From: Mobula birostris
Taxonomy: Eukaryota
DNA length: 64,000 bases
Direction of reading: 5' to 3'
NCBI RefSeq assembly: GCF_030028105.1
Contig: NC_092389.1
Location: 19,641,180 to 19,705,179 of the forward strand
The translations under genes and the position numbers were made by a program. The notes beneath the pieces were generated by a model, which was given only the letters and a program-made list of their open reading frames with translations, made no database searches and was not told the DNA's origin. Of the stretch, positions 1 through 13,386 are shown piece by piece. The first letter of the stretch is position 1. Every line of letters starts with the position of its first letter.

Positions 1-237
1 AATACCATGTGCCCTAATTTTGCCCACTAATCTCCTATGTGGGACTTTATCACAGGCTTTCTGAAAGTCCAGGTACACTACATCCACTGCCTCTCCCTTG
101 TCCATTTTCATAGTTACATCCTCAAAAAAATCCAGAAGATTAGTCAAGCACGATTTCCCCTTCGTAAATCCATGCTGACCCGGACCGATCCTGTTACTGC
201 TATCCAGATGTGTCGTAATTTCATCAGAGTCAGTGTA
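1..237 (-). mobile_element. CR1-type LINE RT fragment
   Basis: Reverse complement corresponds to the DF.KA.DKV..RL..KI region of CR1 RT. Confidence 0.7.
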
Positions 238-1124
238 TGAAAGTGGGTGGGTTGAGGCAAGAGGCTCATAGGTGATGGGTAGAGCCAGATAAGGAAGGGA
301 TGATGAGCAGATGGAGCCAAGTGGGGAAACAGAGAGGGAGGAGTAAGACAAAGGCTGGTAGGTAATAGGTGCCAGGAACCGGGAACAAGGAAAAGAAGGG
401 AGCATAAAGTGGGTGGAGCAGGTTGGGGGTAGTATGATGCCAACCAGTGAGGCCATGCACATCAAAGCTTCTCTGTCCACAGAAGATATCATTGTCTTCT
501 GCTTAGATCCACAGGTGGTTTGCAGATTAACTAGCACCATGTTGTGTGAGTCATCTGCAGGAAAAGTGATGCCATGCTGATTGAGAGAAGACAGGGCTCT
601 CGGCAAGAATTGGCTGGAGCAGGGAAGCAAAGCCAAACCAAAACTGGTTCAGATAGGAGGGGTGCTTCCTCTTGATGGTGAGAAAAAGCATATCATCAGG
701 TGTGAGGTTCTCAGTATTGTCATATTTGGCTCTCATCTCGCTCCGATGGAGTGGAGTTACTTGAGCCACTTTCCAATTCACCTAGAGCTCCAAGATGGAG
801 CACATCTAATGAACTGCGATGCCCAAGTTCCAAAGACTGGGGAAAGAGTAAGCATACTCTCATCCTAAATGCCACCATCAGGAGAATTCACTGTTACTAC
901 ATGCTGAGTAGTGTTGTTCTGCAATGTTCTACTCAGTTGGATTTTGCCCCAATGCCAATTCTCTGGAGTTTATTGTGGTGAAACAACTTTGGCCACGATT
1001 CCAGTAAGCAGTGGGCAGTATGAAACATCCTGAAGGAGAAGACCTGATGGATCCTCGAGATGGCTGCAGTAGGGACGAGAGAGTCATCTATTGTGGACTA
1101 TACATTTGCAAAGAACATCTCGAA

Positions 1125-1940
1125 AGAGATTTAAAGATTCAAGCATTCAAAGTACATTTATTATCAAAGTATGTATGCAGTATACAACTCAGATATTTCT
1201 CTTTCCACAAGCAGCCACAAAACAAAGAAACACCATGGAACCCATTCAAAGAAAAATATCAAAACCCCAACACACAAAAAAGGAACAAATTGCACAATGG
1301 CAAAAAAAATGAGTGAGAAACACAGAACATAAACCACCAAACCACAAAGTCATTAAAAGAGTCTGGGCATATTCAGTTCAGTTCAGTTCAGTTCCATCTA
1401 GTGCTGTGTTGTTCATTGCCTGCAGGCCACAGAGACAGTCCACCCCGATCAAAAACGCATAAAATAACAACAAAAATAAAGGAGTGACCAGAAGCCAGAA
1501 ACAGATCATAATGTGAACTACAGAGTCCAAACCACAAGCCGTATTGATTAAACCTTGCCCAAGACCTAGAACTCCGGAATCATCGGGCGTGAGGAAGAGA
1601 GAGACCATTCGTACGCAGGCACATTCCTCAGGGAGCAGTGGGCAAGAGGGAAACAGAGCGGTCACACACAGGTAGACGGCACTGAACATCCACCTGCCTT
1701 CGGCTCACGTCCTCGTTGATTACAATCTTCCTCAACGCTTTAATCAGCGAGAAATGGAGTTGATTGTGGGCGTGTACCCCATCTCCAGGCTTCTTGGACT
1801 CCAGGCTGCTACCTTCACTTGAAACCTCACCGAATGCCCTCGGAGACAGCAAAGCGCCAGATCGCTCAAACAGCCTGAAAACACACAACCAAAATGTAGA
1901 TCAACAGCTCCAACAGTAGTGGAACCACACTTGAAAGAAA
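1125..1940 (-). mobile_element. Non-autonomous interspersed repeat, related to the split copy at 44203-44247 plus 45511-45990
   Basis: Shared blocks attcaaa(g/a)tacatttattatcaaagtatg and gcagccacaaaacaaagaaac. No coding capacity recognised. Confidence 0.55.
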
Positions 1941-1969
1941 AAAAGAAAAGAAGTAGTTTCGTGAACACA

Positions 1970-2415
1970 GAAGGATGCTGTGTTATTCACTGGTGTTGCC
2001 CTCTTCTGGAATGCAGGGATCCTTGTTGTGGTTTGTCCCGAGCAGCTGTGTAACAGGACTGTGACCAATGAGCGGTTTTCAGGGACGCATCCTGAGACAA
2101 ACATCAAGTTACTGAGCACCGTCAGCATGGTGAAAGACACCCTTTTGTCTGCCTGAAACTTGTTGGTCTTCCAGTACAATGAGGTGTCTGTGAGTGAGTG
2201 CTGAATATTGACACATTCTTGGATGCAGGAAGATGTGCAAAGGGACACCCTGAAGCTTGATGCAGTCTTTATGGCGAAGATCTGGACTTTGAGGTCCGGC
2301 CACCACTGGGTGCTAAGATACTCGGTCCTGTGTAACAGCCCCACAAATAAAGAGTATATCGTTCACAGAGGCCATGTAAATGCCATTGATGCTTTGTTGG
2401 CAATATTTATTAACT
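1970..2415 (+). mobile_element. Tx1-type (L1 clade) ORF2 C-terminal remnant
   Basis: Stop-interrupted frame SGTHPETNIK..VKDTLLSA*NLLVFQ..SEC*..QRDTLKL. Confidence 0.7.
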
Positions 2416-2432
2416 GAATGGCATTATTAATA

Positions 2433-2594
2433 AAGCAAACACAAGAAAGTCTGCAGATGCTGGAAATTCAAGCAACACACACAAAATGCTGGTGGAACGC
2501 AGCAGGCCAGGCAGGTCTCGGCCCAAAACGTTGACTGTACTTCTTCCTATTGATGCTGTCTGGCCTGCTGCGTTCCACCAGCATTTTGTGTGTG
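2433..2594. mobile_element. Penelope-terminus-derived mini hairpin with a 14-bp TSD
   Basis: Inverted arms cacacacaaaatgctggtggaacgcagcaggccag / ctggcctgctgcgttccaccagcattttgtgtgtg. TSD tggcattattaata at 2419-2432 and 2595-2608. Confidence 0.8.
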
Positions 2595-2711
2595 TGGCAT
2601 TATTAATATATTAATTTGATTAATTTACTGATAGCTTTGTATTTCCTATATTTATATTTTATGAATAAATTTTCCTTTTGAAATAAAAGGAAACAGTGCT
2701 AGTACATCTCT

Positions 2712-3359
2712 TCTTTTTCAATATTTTTATTGATTTCTATACAGAAGAGTTCAAGAGAATACATATTATAAAACAAAAGACAAGAAATAATAATACCAGA
2801 TACAGTATATTGAATCACATTAACGAACTCCTTACTCGATATTCATATGGATTAGATTAATTCGTATATTAGAATATAAACAATTGTATTTAAAAAAAGA
2901 TCTACACCCACTACTCAAGTCGAAGCTGTTTGGGGGAAAAAAGAAAAAAACTTATCAGATAACAAAATACACTATTAACCAACTTCTGTACTTTAACAAG
3001 AAGTCAAAGATTATGAAAATAATTTAAAAACTGCCCCCACAAATTTTAAAAATCTTGGTTAGATTCAGGAATTGAACAACGAATCTTTTCTAAATTGAGG
3101 CATGCCATAACATCCCGTAACCACTAAGCATGATTAGGCGGAACAGCATCCTTCCATTTAGACAAAAGCGCCCTCCTGGCCGTAAGAGAGATAAAAGCCA
3201 GAATGTGCAAATCAGATGTCTTCAAGATGATATCTTTCCTTCCAACAATACCAAATAGGGCAGTCAAAGGATTAGGCTTAAAATTTACTTTAAAGAGTAC
3301 AGAAAAAGTTTGGAATACTTCCTTCCAATATTTTCCAAGACTTGGACACGTCCAAAACA
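2712..3359 (-). mobile_element. 5'-truncated L1-type LINE 3' end
   Basis: ORF 3124-3360 FWTCP..YW..LFG..ARR..L.KWK..PP. Flanked by tagtacatctct at 2700-2711 and 3360-3371. Confidence 0.75.
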
Positions 3360-3373
3360 TAGTACATCTCTAG

Positions 3374-3602
3374 CAAGAGAAAATCTGCAGATGCCCGAAA
3401 TCTGAGCAACACACACAAAATGCTGGAGGAACTCAGCAGGCCAGGCAGCATTTATGAAAAAAAAAGTACAGTTAATGTTTCGGGCCCAGACCTTTCAGTC
3501 TCCTGCCAAGTCCTGCTGAAGGATCTCGGCCCAAAATATTGAATGCACTTTTTTCCGTAGATGCTGCCTGACCTGCTAAGTTCCTCCAGCATTTTGTGTC
3601 TG
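3374..3602. mobile_element. Penelope-terminus-derived mini hairpin with a 12-bp TSD
   Basis: Inverted arms with a degenerate hammerhead-like centre. TSD gtacatctctag at 3362-3373 and 3603-3614. Confidence 0.75.
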
Positions 3603-4084
3603 GTACATCTCTAGTTCTGGTTTCCATGCGATTCAGTCAAAGTCACAACAATTATCAGCATTCAAATGGCTATTAGGTCATATTGTACCGTATGTGACCA
3701 CACCCACGTTAGCTAGCAGATCAGTGTTGTTTAACAACATATTGTGAATGAGTTCCGGTTAAGTCCAATCAGGAGACTTTCTGTTTCTCCACTCCAAAAA
3801 GCTTCAGATCCATAATAACATACATTAAAATTACTCTGAGGGAAAAAAATCAAGTAAAAAATGTTTCCTTCAATTGATCACTTAAATCCATATCTTTATC
3901 TTACCAACATTTGCTAGCTCTGTAAAGTAAACTAGTTTCTGCAGCTGGCCATCTGTTGTTAAAATAGCTACCAAATGAGTAGCTTCAAAACTGAGCTAAT
4001 TTATTACTTCCAAAGTTCATTTTTGTTTACACTGGCTTACTGTGCATCACAGCAACAGCACCACTTGTGAAGAATGGTATACTC

Positions 4085-4480
4085 CTGAATATGAATTCAG
4101 AAGGATGGGGGCGGGGGGAGATCTTATAGAAACATAAAATTAAGAAAGGAATAGAGGCAGGGAAGTCGCTTCCACTGGTGAGAATAGAATTCGGGGACAT
4201 AGTCTCATGATTCAGGGGAGTAGATTTAGGACGGAGATGAGGAGGAACTGCTTTTCCCAGAGGGTGGTGAATCTGTGAAATTCTCTGCCCAATGAAGCAG
4301 TGGAGGCTACCTCAGTAATTATATTTATGCCAAGGTTGGATAGGTTCTTGCATAGTAGGGGAATTAAGCGTTATGGCGAAAAGGCAGATAGGTGGAGATG
4401 AGTCCATAGTCAGATCAACCACGATCTTATTGAATGGTGGATGGAGCCTACCTCTGTTCCTATTTCTTATGTTGTTAAAA
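4085..4480 (+). mobile_element. CR1-type LINE 3' end
   Basis: [20 protein letters not shown] frame followed by the typical 3' UTR ending in ctgttcctatttcttatgtt. Confidence 0.75.
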
Positions 4481-5430
4481 GCCGCAGGCAGGTGGTTAGT
4501 GCTGGAGAATACAGACATAGCCTTGAGTTTAGCTCCTTGTCAGTCAAACCTGGAGATTACTGCAAGGTGCTGAAGTGTTCACACAGTTCCTTCAGTCCAA
4601 ATGTTCCAGCCAGCTCCCTGGCTGGAATTAGGTAACAACATAGCTTTATTTAAATCATACACTAGGTATTACTTTGCAGAAAATGAGCTGTAACTTCTGC
4701 TTTCAATAAAATCTCAGAAATTCCCTCAACTTATGCTTCTCTCAAGCATCACATTCAAATACTATGTGCAGAGAATAGATAGCTCCTAATGTGCTGTGAC
4801 AGAGCAATTTGCATTGGTGCATGCAGTCCCTGAACAATGTGCAAAATGCGTGTGGTGTGATTATTGTGGCATCGCACAAAAGTTATCAGAAAATTGGTGT
4901 TAGAGCAGAAGTCTTAACTTCCATGCTCATTCACTTCCGTACACATCAGCAGGATGTGCATTTTCCCACTCATTTTCTTAAATCAATACATTAAAGCTAA
5001 ATCAACAGACAAATATTGCAGTTGCGCACTTGGCGTCAATTCAAGCAAATATCTGCCACTCAATTATTTCTCAGAACTGTTTGTGATCTAAGATTAAATG
5101 TAATTTTTAAAGGAGAAGATAAAACAGGGATATTGAAAAAGGAAACAAAAGAGACTTTTCAAATTAACCAGTTTTTAAACCAAGGAAATTTTAGTTTACA
5201 ATGAGTTGGGCAACTAGCTCCCACTGACATATTGGGGATGGCACAAGACTAGTTCAACTTGAAGAATATTTGTCACATGTACAAAGTTTGCAGTGAAATG
5301 TGTTACTTTGGATCAAATAAAATCAGTGAGGATTGTGCTGGAGGCTGCCCACAAGTATCGCCATGCTTCCTGCTCCAACATAACATATCAACAACTAACT
5401 AATCCTAACTGAATTTTTCTGGAATGTGGG

Positions 5431-6053
5431 ACATACTTATACTTTTATACTTTATTGTCACCAAACAATTGATACTAGAACGTACAATCATCATAGCGAT
5501 ATTTGATTCTGCGCTTCCTGCTCCCTGGATTACAAATCGATAGTAAATATTAAAAATTTAAATTATAAATCATAAATAGAAAATATAAAAATGGAAAGTA
5601 AGGTAGTGCAAAAAAACTGAGATGCAGGTCCGGATATTTGGAGGGTACGGCCCAGATCTGGGTCAGGATCCGTTCAGCAGTCTTATCACAGTTGGAAAGA
5701 AGCTGTTCCCAAATCTGGCCGTACGAGTCTTCAAGCTCCTGAGCCTTCTCCCAGAGGGAAGAGGGACGAAACGTGTGTTGGCTGGGTGGGTCGTGTCCTT
5801 GATTATCCTGGCAGCACTGCTCCGACAGCATGCGGTGTAAAGTGAGTCCAAGGACAGAAGATTGGTTTGTGTGATGTGCTGGGCTGTGTTCACGATCTTC
5901 TGCAACTTCTTTTAGTCTTGGACAGGACAACTTCCATACCAGGTTGTGATGCACCCTAGAAGAATGCTTTCTACGGTGCATCTATAAAAGTTAGTGAGGG
6001 TTTTAGGGGACAGGCCAAATTTCTTTAGTTTTCTCAGGAAGTAAAGGCACGAC
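5431..6053 (-). mobile_element. Rex1/Babar-type LINE, 5'-truncated
   Basis: ORFs with [27 protein letters not shown] and [14 protein letters not shown]. Nearly identical to 44248-45510. Confidence 0.8.
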
Positions 6054-8159
6054 TGATCTGAACTTGGCCTAAATTTTACTTCTATAGAACATTGCAACAC
6101 AGAGGAAAACCAAGCTGTCACAGATAGAACATACAAATTCCTTATAGACAGTGACGAGAATTGAACCCTGATCTTGCAGTTGCTGCAGTAACCACTATGT
6201 TACTGGGCCTTGTGGGCCTCGTCCTGGTTTTATTGAGATTGTTAGTATGATATTTAATATTATTATTCAATTAATTTATATTGCTGATAAGGGCCTGGAG
6301 TTCTCTGCCAGGGGTTGGAGGAGGCAGATTTAAGTGATAGGTAGGAAACATTTAGACAGGCACATGAACATGAGGAAATGTGGGGTTATGGATCATATGC
6401 AGGCAAATGGGATTCATTGAATGTGACATTATAGTAGGTATAGACATAGTGGGCTGAAGGGCCTATTTCTAACCTTTACTGTTTTATGTTTTGTCACAGC
6501 TATCCACAACCTAGAACAATGCAAAAAAATATCAATGTCACTTTTACATTTTAAGAGCAGCAATTAATACCTGTCTCACATTTCATTTATTTATAATGTA
6601 CTTTAATCATCCCTTGCTTTATTATATAGCTGCTGTGAGGCAGTTCCTGTACAAAAATAAACTAACGCTGAGAATGTGAAATGTTAAATCTGTTTTTCTC
6701 CAGCAGTGCTGCCTGACTTGCTGGGAATTCCCAACGTTATCGGTTTATAGTCAGGTTATTGAATGCAGTGTATTCACTTTCCAGAGTCATTCCATTCTCA
6801 ATATTTTGCATGAACCTGCTACTCAGGTTTGTACAGGTGAGGTTACAGCCAATTCCTGTTAGGTAAAATCCTGAAGAGGGGAACGGGAACAGGCGTACGC
6901 TACTCAGCCTGTCCTTCCTGTTTTGTCATACAATAATGACATGAATGATCTGAAATTGGCCTAAATTTTACTTCTATAGAACATAGAACAGTAGTTCAAC
7001 ACCTGACTAAACAAATCCCTTCTGCCTACATGATGTCTATATCCTACCTTCATTACATTTCCATGTGCCTCGTAAACACCTCTAAGGATTTACCTCTGAT
7101 ACCACACCTAGAAGGGCATTTTAGGCAGCCATCACTTACTGTGGATAAAAAACTTACCACCTCTCACCTTAATGCATGTTCTTTACTATTATATGTACAT
7201 TTAGACCCTGGGAAAATATACTCGCTGTCTACTTTTCTATATCTCTCATAACCTCACAAACTTCCATAAGGTTTCCTGTCAGACTCTGTTGATAGAAAAC
7301 AACCCATATATTTATTCTATGTTCCATTTGCAACTTTCCAAGTTCTGACCTGCTAAGATAGTCAAACAGATATTCATTCCATCTCCAATTTAGAAATAAC
7401 TACCAAAAGCTTTCAAAGAAAGTGAAGTCTTTTGGGATTTCAGTACAAATTTCTTCTAGGTCATTTACAGCAGCACCCAAGAGGTTAGTCTTTAATTGTT
7501 AGTGACCACAGGCCAGTCTTAGAGAGTTGGCAGTCCTAATGGAGACTGGTCCACAATACTTAGCAGTTCTAGTCATTAAATTAAGAATAGAGGTTGTTGA
7601 AGCTACCATGGAATTATGTACCACTGAAAGCTTTCATGTCAAAAGGCAGTAGGTTTCAACAACTGTGTTGACTGTCTTTATGGAGGGTGCTTGCTCAGAG
7701 AAGATTTTTCAAGTTGACAGATAAATATTTAAAACAGTCCTGCAACACTCCCAAGAGCATTTCAGATGCGCTACCCTCAAGGGCTTATCAGGTCACATAC
7801 TCCAAATACCACTTCCACAACTCACAATATAAACTGATCAGAATATATTTCTCAAAGGCATACAAAGCTGATCTTGCATTGTTACAGCTTGTGCTTGTGG
7901 CTTGCAGTAGACTCAACTTCAGGCAAACATGCATGGCTTCAAGTACAACTCCTAGAATAGAATGACGATTGTCAGAAATAAGAAGTGTGCTCTTGAATCC
8001 GTGTGGGACAGTGAGGCCCCATTGTGCAGTATTATCAGTCTTATTAGGGCAATCCTTGGAGGTCTACTCAAATAACTTTCCACCTTCTCCCACTCTGCAG
8101 TCAAGCATATTTTCTTTCAATCTACAATGTTTTCCTCAACTGGTCAAAGCTAGCTAAAA

Positions 8160-10910
8160 ATGACACATCTTCTCCGTAATGCGCGGCCTCTAATTCTGGC
8201 TCCAGTCTGGACCTCAGCCGCCAGCACCTCCTTAATAAGATTTTTCTCGCTGCCGCCAGGCCCCCGGACTCCACTTTCCCCACCATCATTCTCCAGCCCA
8301 GGGTCTCTCGGGCTCCACTGTCACCTCAAGGGTCCTCAGAGCCTCCATCTACCTCCCACCCCACCTTCCCTGAACACCCCAACCCTCCCCTCTCCTCTGG
8401 TGCCACCAACTCTCTTCCCCTCTCTAATCCTTGCTATGCCTTCACCATTTCCTCAGAGCTTGCCCTCTGAGGAAATGTTCAAAGGGCCTTACCTTTGCTC
8501 CCCTTCGCCCACACCTCACTGAGTTCCATGCTCGCCATGACACCAAGCTCTTCTTCCGTCGCCTCTGCCTTCAAGCCTACTTTTTTGGCAAGAATTCCAC
8601 ACTCCACATTGATGACCCCTTCTCCTGTCTCCAACCCTCCTCCTCTTCTTGGACACCCCGCTCTAGTTCTCTGCCTGCTCTGGATCTTTTCATCTCGAAT
8701 TGCCGACGAGACCTCAACTGCCTTGACTTCAGCACTTCCCTCTCCTCCTTGAATCTTACCCCTTATGAATGCACTGCCCTCCACTCTCTCCGCACCAATC
8801 CCAACCTCACTATCAACTTCGCAGACAAAGTGGGTGCTGTTGTCATGTGACGCAACTCTCAGACAACTCCTCATAACTACCTCTTGAATAGGATCCCACT
8901 CCAGGCCATCAGAAACCTGTCTCCGACACCATCGCTGACCTCATCAGCTCTAGAGAACTCCCATCTACTGCCACCAATCTCATAGTTCCCTTACCCTGCA
9001 CTGCTCGTTCCTACCTCCTACCCAAGATCCACACATCGGACTGTCCAAGTTGGCTCACTGTCTTTGCCTGTTCTGTCCTCACTGAACTTGTGTCCTCATA
9101 TCTTGACTCCATTCTATCCCCCTTGATTTAGTCCCTTCCACCTACATCAGCAACACTTCTCATGGTCTCAATCTCCTCAGCAGCTTTCAATTCCCTGGCC
9201 CTGACCACCTCATTTTCACCATGGGTGTCCAGTCCCTATACGCTTCTATTCCCCATCAAGTAGGCCTTGAAGCTCTCCACTTCTTAGTGGAAGAACAAAC
9301 CTGTTCCCCTCCACTACCACTCTCTTCCATCTTGCAGGACTGGTTCTCGCCCTCAATAATTTTTCCTTTGCTCCTTCCACTTTCTCCAGACTCAAGAGGT
9401 ACCCATGGACATCCACATGGGCCCCAGCTATGCCTGCCTTTTCATAGAATAGTCCATGTTCCAAGCTTTCCCTGGAAATGCTCCCCAACTCTTCCTCCAG
9501 TACATTGACAACTGCATTGGTGCTGCTTCATGCACCCATACTGAGCTCTTCAGTTTCATCAATTTTGCCTCCAACTTTTATCCTGCCTTAAATTCACTTG
9601 CTTCATTTCTGACACTTCCCTCCCTTTCTCGATCTCTCTGTTTCCGTCTCTGGAGACACACTGTTGACTGACATCTTGTATAAACCTAATGATTCCTGCG
9701 GTTATCTTAATTGTACCTCTTCCCACCCCGTCTCCTGCAAAAATGCTATTCCCTTTTCTCAATTCCTTTGTCTCTGCTGCATTTGCACCCGGGATTAGGC
9801 TTTCCTTTCCAAGACATCATAGATGTTCTCCTTCTTCAAAGAATGGGGTTTCCCTACCTCCACCATTGATGCCACCCTCACCTGCATCTCCTCCATTTCA
9901 CAAACATCTGTGCTCACCCCATCTTCCCACCACCTTAACAACGATAGAGTTTCTCGTCCTTACCTATCACCCCATGAGCCTCTGCAACCAGGACGTCATT
10001 CTCTGGAATTTCCACCATCTCCAAAGGGATCTTACCACCAAGCATATCTTCACCTCTCCCGCAGCACCCCCCCCCAAACCAATTTCTGTGGCCCTCCCCA
10101 CTTATCTCTCTCCTGGCACTTATCCCTGCAAGCGGCCAAAGTGCTAGTCCTGCCCATTCTCCTCCATTCAAGGCCCCAAGCAGCCTGTACAGGTGAGGTC
10201 ACACTTCACCTGCGAATCTTCTGGGGTTGTCTATTGTATCTGGTGCTTCTGATGTGGCCTTCTGTACATTGGTGAGACCCACTGGAAATTGGGAGACTGC
10301 TTCGTTGAGCACCTGTGCTCCATCCACCAAAAGCAGAACTTCCAAGTGGCCAAACGTTTTGATTCTGATTTCCATTCCAACATGTCGGTCCATGGCCTCC
10401 TCTTGTGCCATGATGACGCCACCACCAGGGTGGAGGAGCAACACCTTATATTCTGTCTGGGTAACCTCCAACCTGATGGCACGAATATCGATTTTTCCTT
10501 CTTGTAAAAATAATTCCCTCCCCCTCCTCCTCCCCCTCCTCCTCCCCCTCCCCTCTTCTTCTATTCCCAACTCTGACCTCTTACCTCTTCTCACCTGCCT
10601 ATCACCTCCCTGTGGGACCCCTCCCCCTTCCCTTTCTCCTATGGTCCACTCTCCCCTCCTATCCCCCTTCCTTCCTCTCTGGCCCTTTACCTTTCTCACC
10701 CACCTGGCTTCACCTATCACCTTCTAGCCATCACCCTTCCCCTCCCCCATTTTTAAATTCTGGCATTTTCCCCCTTCCTTTCCAGTCTAGAAGAAGGGTC
10801 TTGGCCTGAAACATCAATTCTTTATCCATTTTCATAGATGTTGCCTGACCTGCTGAGTTCCTCCAGCATTTTGTGTGTGTTGGTTTGGATTTCCAGCATC
10901 TGCAAAACCT
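8160..10910 (+). mobile_element. Penelope-like element, near full length, degenerate (RT + GIY-YIG)
   Basis: Frameshifted motifs ADKVGAVVM, MGVQSLYASIPH..GLEAL and YIGET; terminal repeat with a mutated hammerhead core at about 10783-10820. Confidence 0.85.
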
Positions 10911-13386
10911 CTCATGTTTACAATTTTCTTCTCTGTAAAGATTATGGGGAAAAGGAGGGAGAATAAGTTTGAGAGGTAGAGAAAACAGTAACGGTCGAAT
11001 GGTGGATCAGACTCAGTGGGTCAAATTCTGCTCCTTTGTCTTATAGTCCTTATATTCTGCTTCAGAGTCCAATCAAGTTAATCTTTAAAGTCTGCTGATT
11101 TCAGGCCAATCCTGTCAGAATAGTAACTCCCGAGAATTTTTCTCCTCCTCAAAATAAACAGAATAATGAAATATTTTTTGAGTGACACCAAGAAGTCCCA
11201 AGACAACTTAATACTATGAAAACTGTATTTTGCACTGTTCAGCATCATTTCCTCTGCCAGACCATTGGATATTTGTTTTGTTGTTTTCACCACAGTAACC
11301 ATGTCAAAAGCAAACTATATAAGGAGTTGGATGCATTGTGGCCACAATTTGCCTTAAGGAAGCAAGCAGATATTCCACTTAAACAGCCTAGACCAAGTGA
11401 TCTCAGAGCAAGTTTTAATTTTCTGTCACAGTTCTGCAAACAAGCCACAAAGCAAATACAATGTGATCCCAATAATTTCAATTACATTTTCTTGTGCCAA
11501 AAAACCTTAACAACTTTCTATTCAGTAGCACAAGACACAGTTATCTTTGATGGCCTGAGTAGAATTTATATCATATCTTTCACATCACTATTATTTTTAA
11601 ACACATAGCAATTCTTTGGTTAGATGGCTTCCTTCTGCAATCCTACTATCTTAGGGAAAAGAATACTTGTACTCTAAATAGTTACATGGGTCAACACAAA
11701 TTAAGTTGCAATTGAATTCAAACAAAGTCACCTGAAAACTCTTTGCACATTAGCAATAATTGTTTTTGGGATAACTTTCATTAATAAGTATTTTGTGTCA
11801 TTCTTCACTGTGGAAGACAAGAACAATACCAGAAATGCAAAAATGTCAGGGGGCAAAAGTGAGTGTCGTTGCCATTGTAGGGTAATATAATGGGGGACAG
11901 ATGACAGTTCAGGTTGTCTGCTGTTGACTTTCTTGGCCAATGCATCTCTGCAGAAGGTGCAAAACCCCTGCCATCAAAAGTCACCGCTATTAAGGATTTT
12001 CCACTGCCCTGCACAACCAAAGCACTGCCAGATTTTTTTTTGAAGTATGGTGAATTTTTATCACTGTTTCTTTCCGCAAGCTGCTGAATTTATGCTCCCC
12101 TTGTATAGTGCCCTTAAAGGCATTGCCCCAATTATATGCTTGAGTGGTCAGCAGACATGACAGCCTCCAACCAACTTCTTCAGCTGGCAGCTCCACCCCC
12201 AAACCCCAACCCACCTCCCCTACAAGAGGAAGTACAGTACGTCTGACCATGAGCTTCTTGGTCTCTCTCTGACCATCTGCCATTTTCATTTTCTACTGGA
12301 GGGTCGGCATTTCACGTCGTTTGTTGACTACAAAACCCCCACGCACAAAGTATCCCGACTCTTGGACTGCACGCCAGCAACTCTACCTGGCTAACATTTC
12401 AAAATTCATGACTGCCATACAGCACATCCAAGGGAAAACTAATGCCGTGGCTGATTGCCACTTGTGGCCCACCATTGATGCCATACACATCAGTGTTGAC
12501 AATGCCGACATGGCAGCCGACCAAGTTGCCAAGCCAGAGGTCCAGGCTTACAAGGCAGCAGTCACGGGCTTGCAGTTGGCTGATATCAAGTTCTGGGATG
12601 CAGGAGTTACTCTCTTGTGCAATGTCTCAACATGTCACCTTTGCCCCATAGTGCCTGCAAACTGCAGATGTATTGTTTGTAACTCCATTTATGGCCTCTC
12701 GCATCCAGGTGGGAAGGCTTCACAGAAAATGGTTGCTTTAAGGTTTGTGTGGCATGGCCTTAGAGAGGCCGTGAGAGAATGGAGTGCAACCTGTGTTGTG
12801 TGTCAGTGAGGGAAAATTAACCGTCACCTTCGGGCACCATCGGCATCTTTTGAGGTGCCTGAGCGATGGTTTGACCACTTTAATGTGGACCTGTTTGGTC
12901 CCCTTTCCCCTCCCGAAGATTCGCTGATCTACTTACCATGGTAGAGCGCATCAAAAATTGGCCAGAGGTTGCCCTTCTAGCATTGACGGTGGCTGTGGAT
13001 GTGGCTCGGGTGTTCATCAACACCGGGATCACACAGTTCTTCCGACCATGTCCCCAAATCATGTCAGACCTCCAGAACCTCAGCATTAAATTACATCACA
13101 CCACAGCATATCATCCACAATCCAGTGGGCTGTGTGAGTGGTTTCATCATTCCTTAAAGGCTGCTCCAAGGGCCTGCTTGATGGAGGAGTTTTGGCACAA
13201 TCATCCTGCTTGGATCCTGCTGGAGCTCAGAGGAGGACATGCAGTCTTCCGCAGTGGAGTTGGTATATGAGCAGCTGTTACAGGTGCCAGGTGATTTTAT
13301 TCCTGCTCCACAATACCTGGTTGGTATCTCAGCAGAGCTCCACAGTAAACTCAGTTCTTTTACACCTATTCCTACCTCCCTCTCTA

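Noticed and set aside
721-837. Minus-strand exon-like frame ending ..ERDESQI-stop (PDZ-like end)
   Set aside because: An overlapping frame reads WKVAQVTPLH, typical of a LINE RT start, so the region is better explained as decayed LINE.
6810-6836. Short leader-like MNLLLRFVQ with strong donor CAG|gtgagg
   Set aside because: Phase 0, only 9 codons, no compatible downstream exon; likely chance.
11732-11807. Minus-strand 76-nt exon-like segment with good acceptor and donor (VKNDTKYLLMKVIPK..)
   Set aside because: No recognisable protein similarity and no partner exons found.
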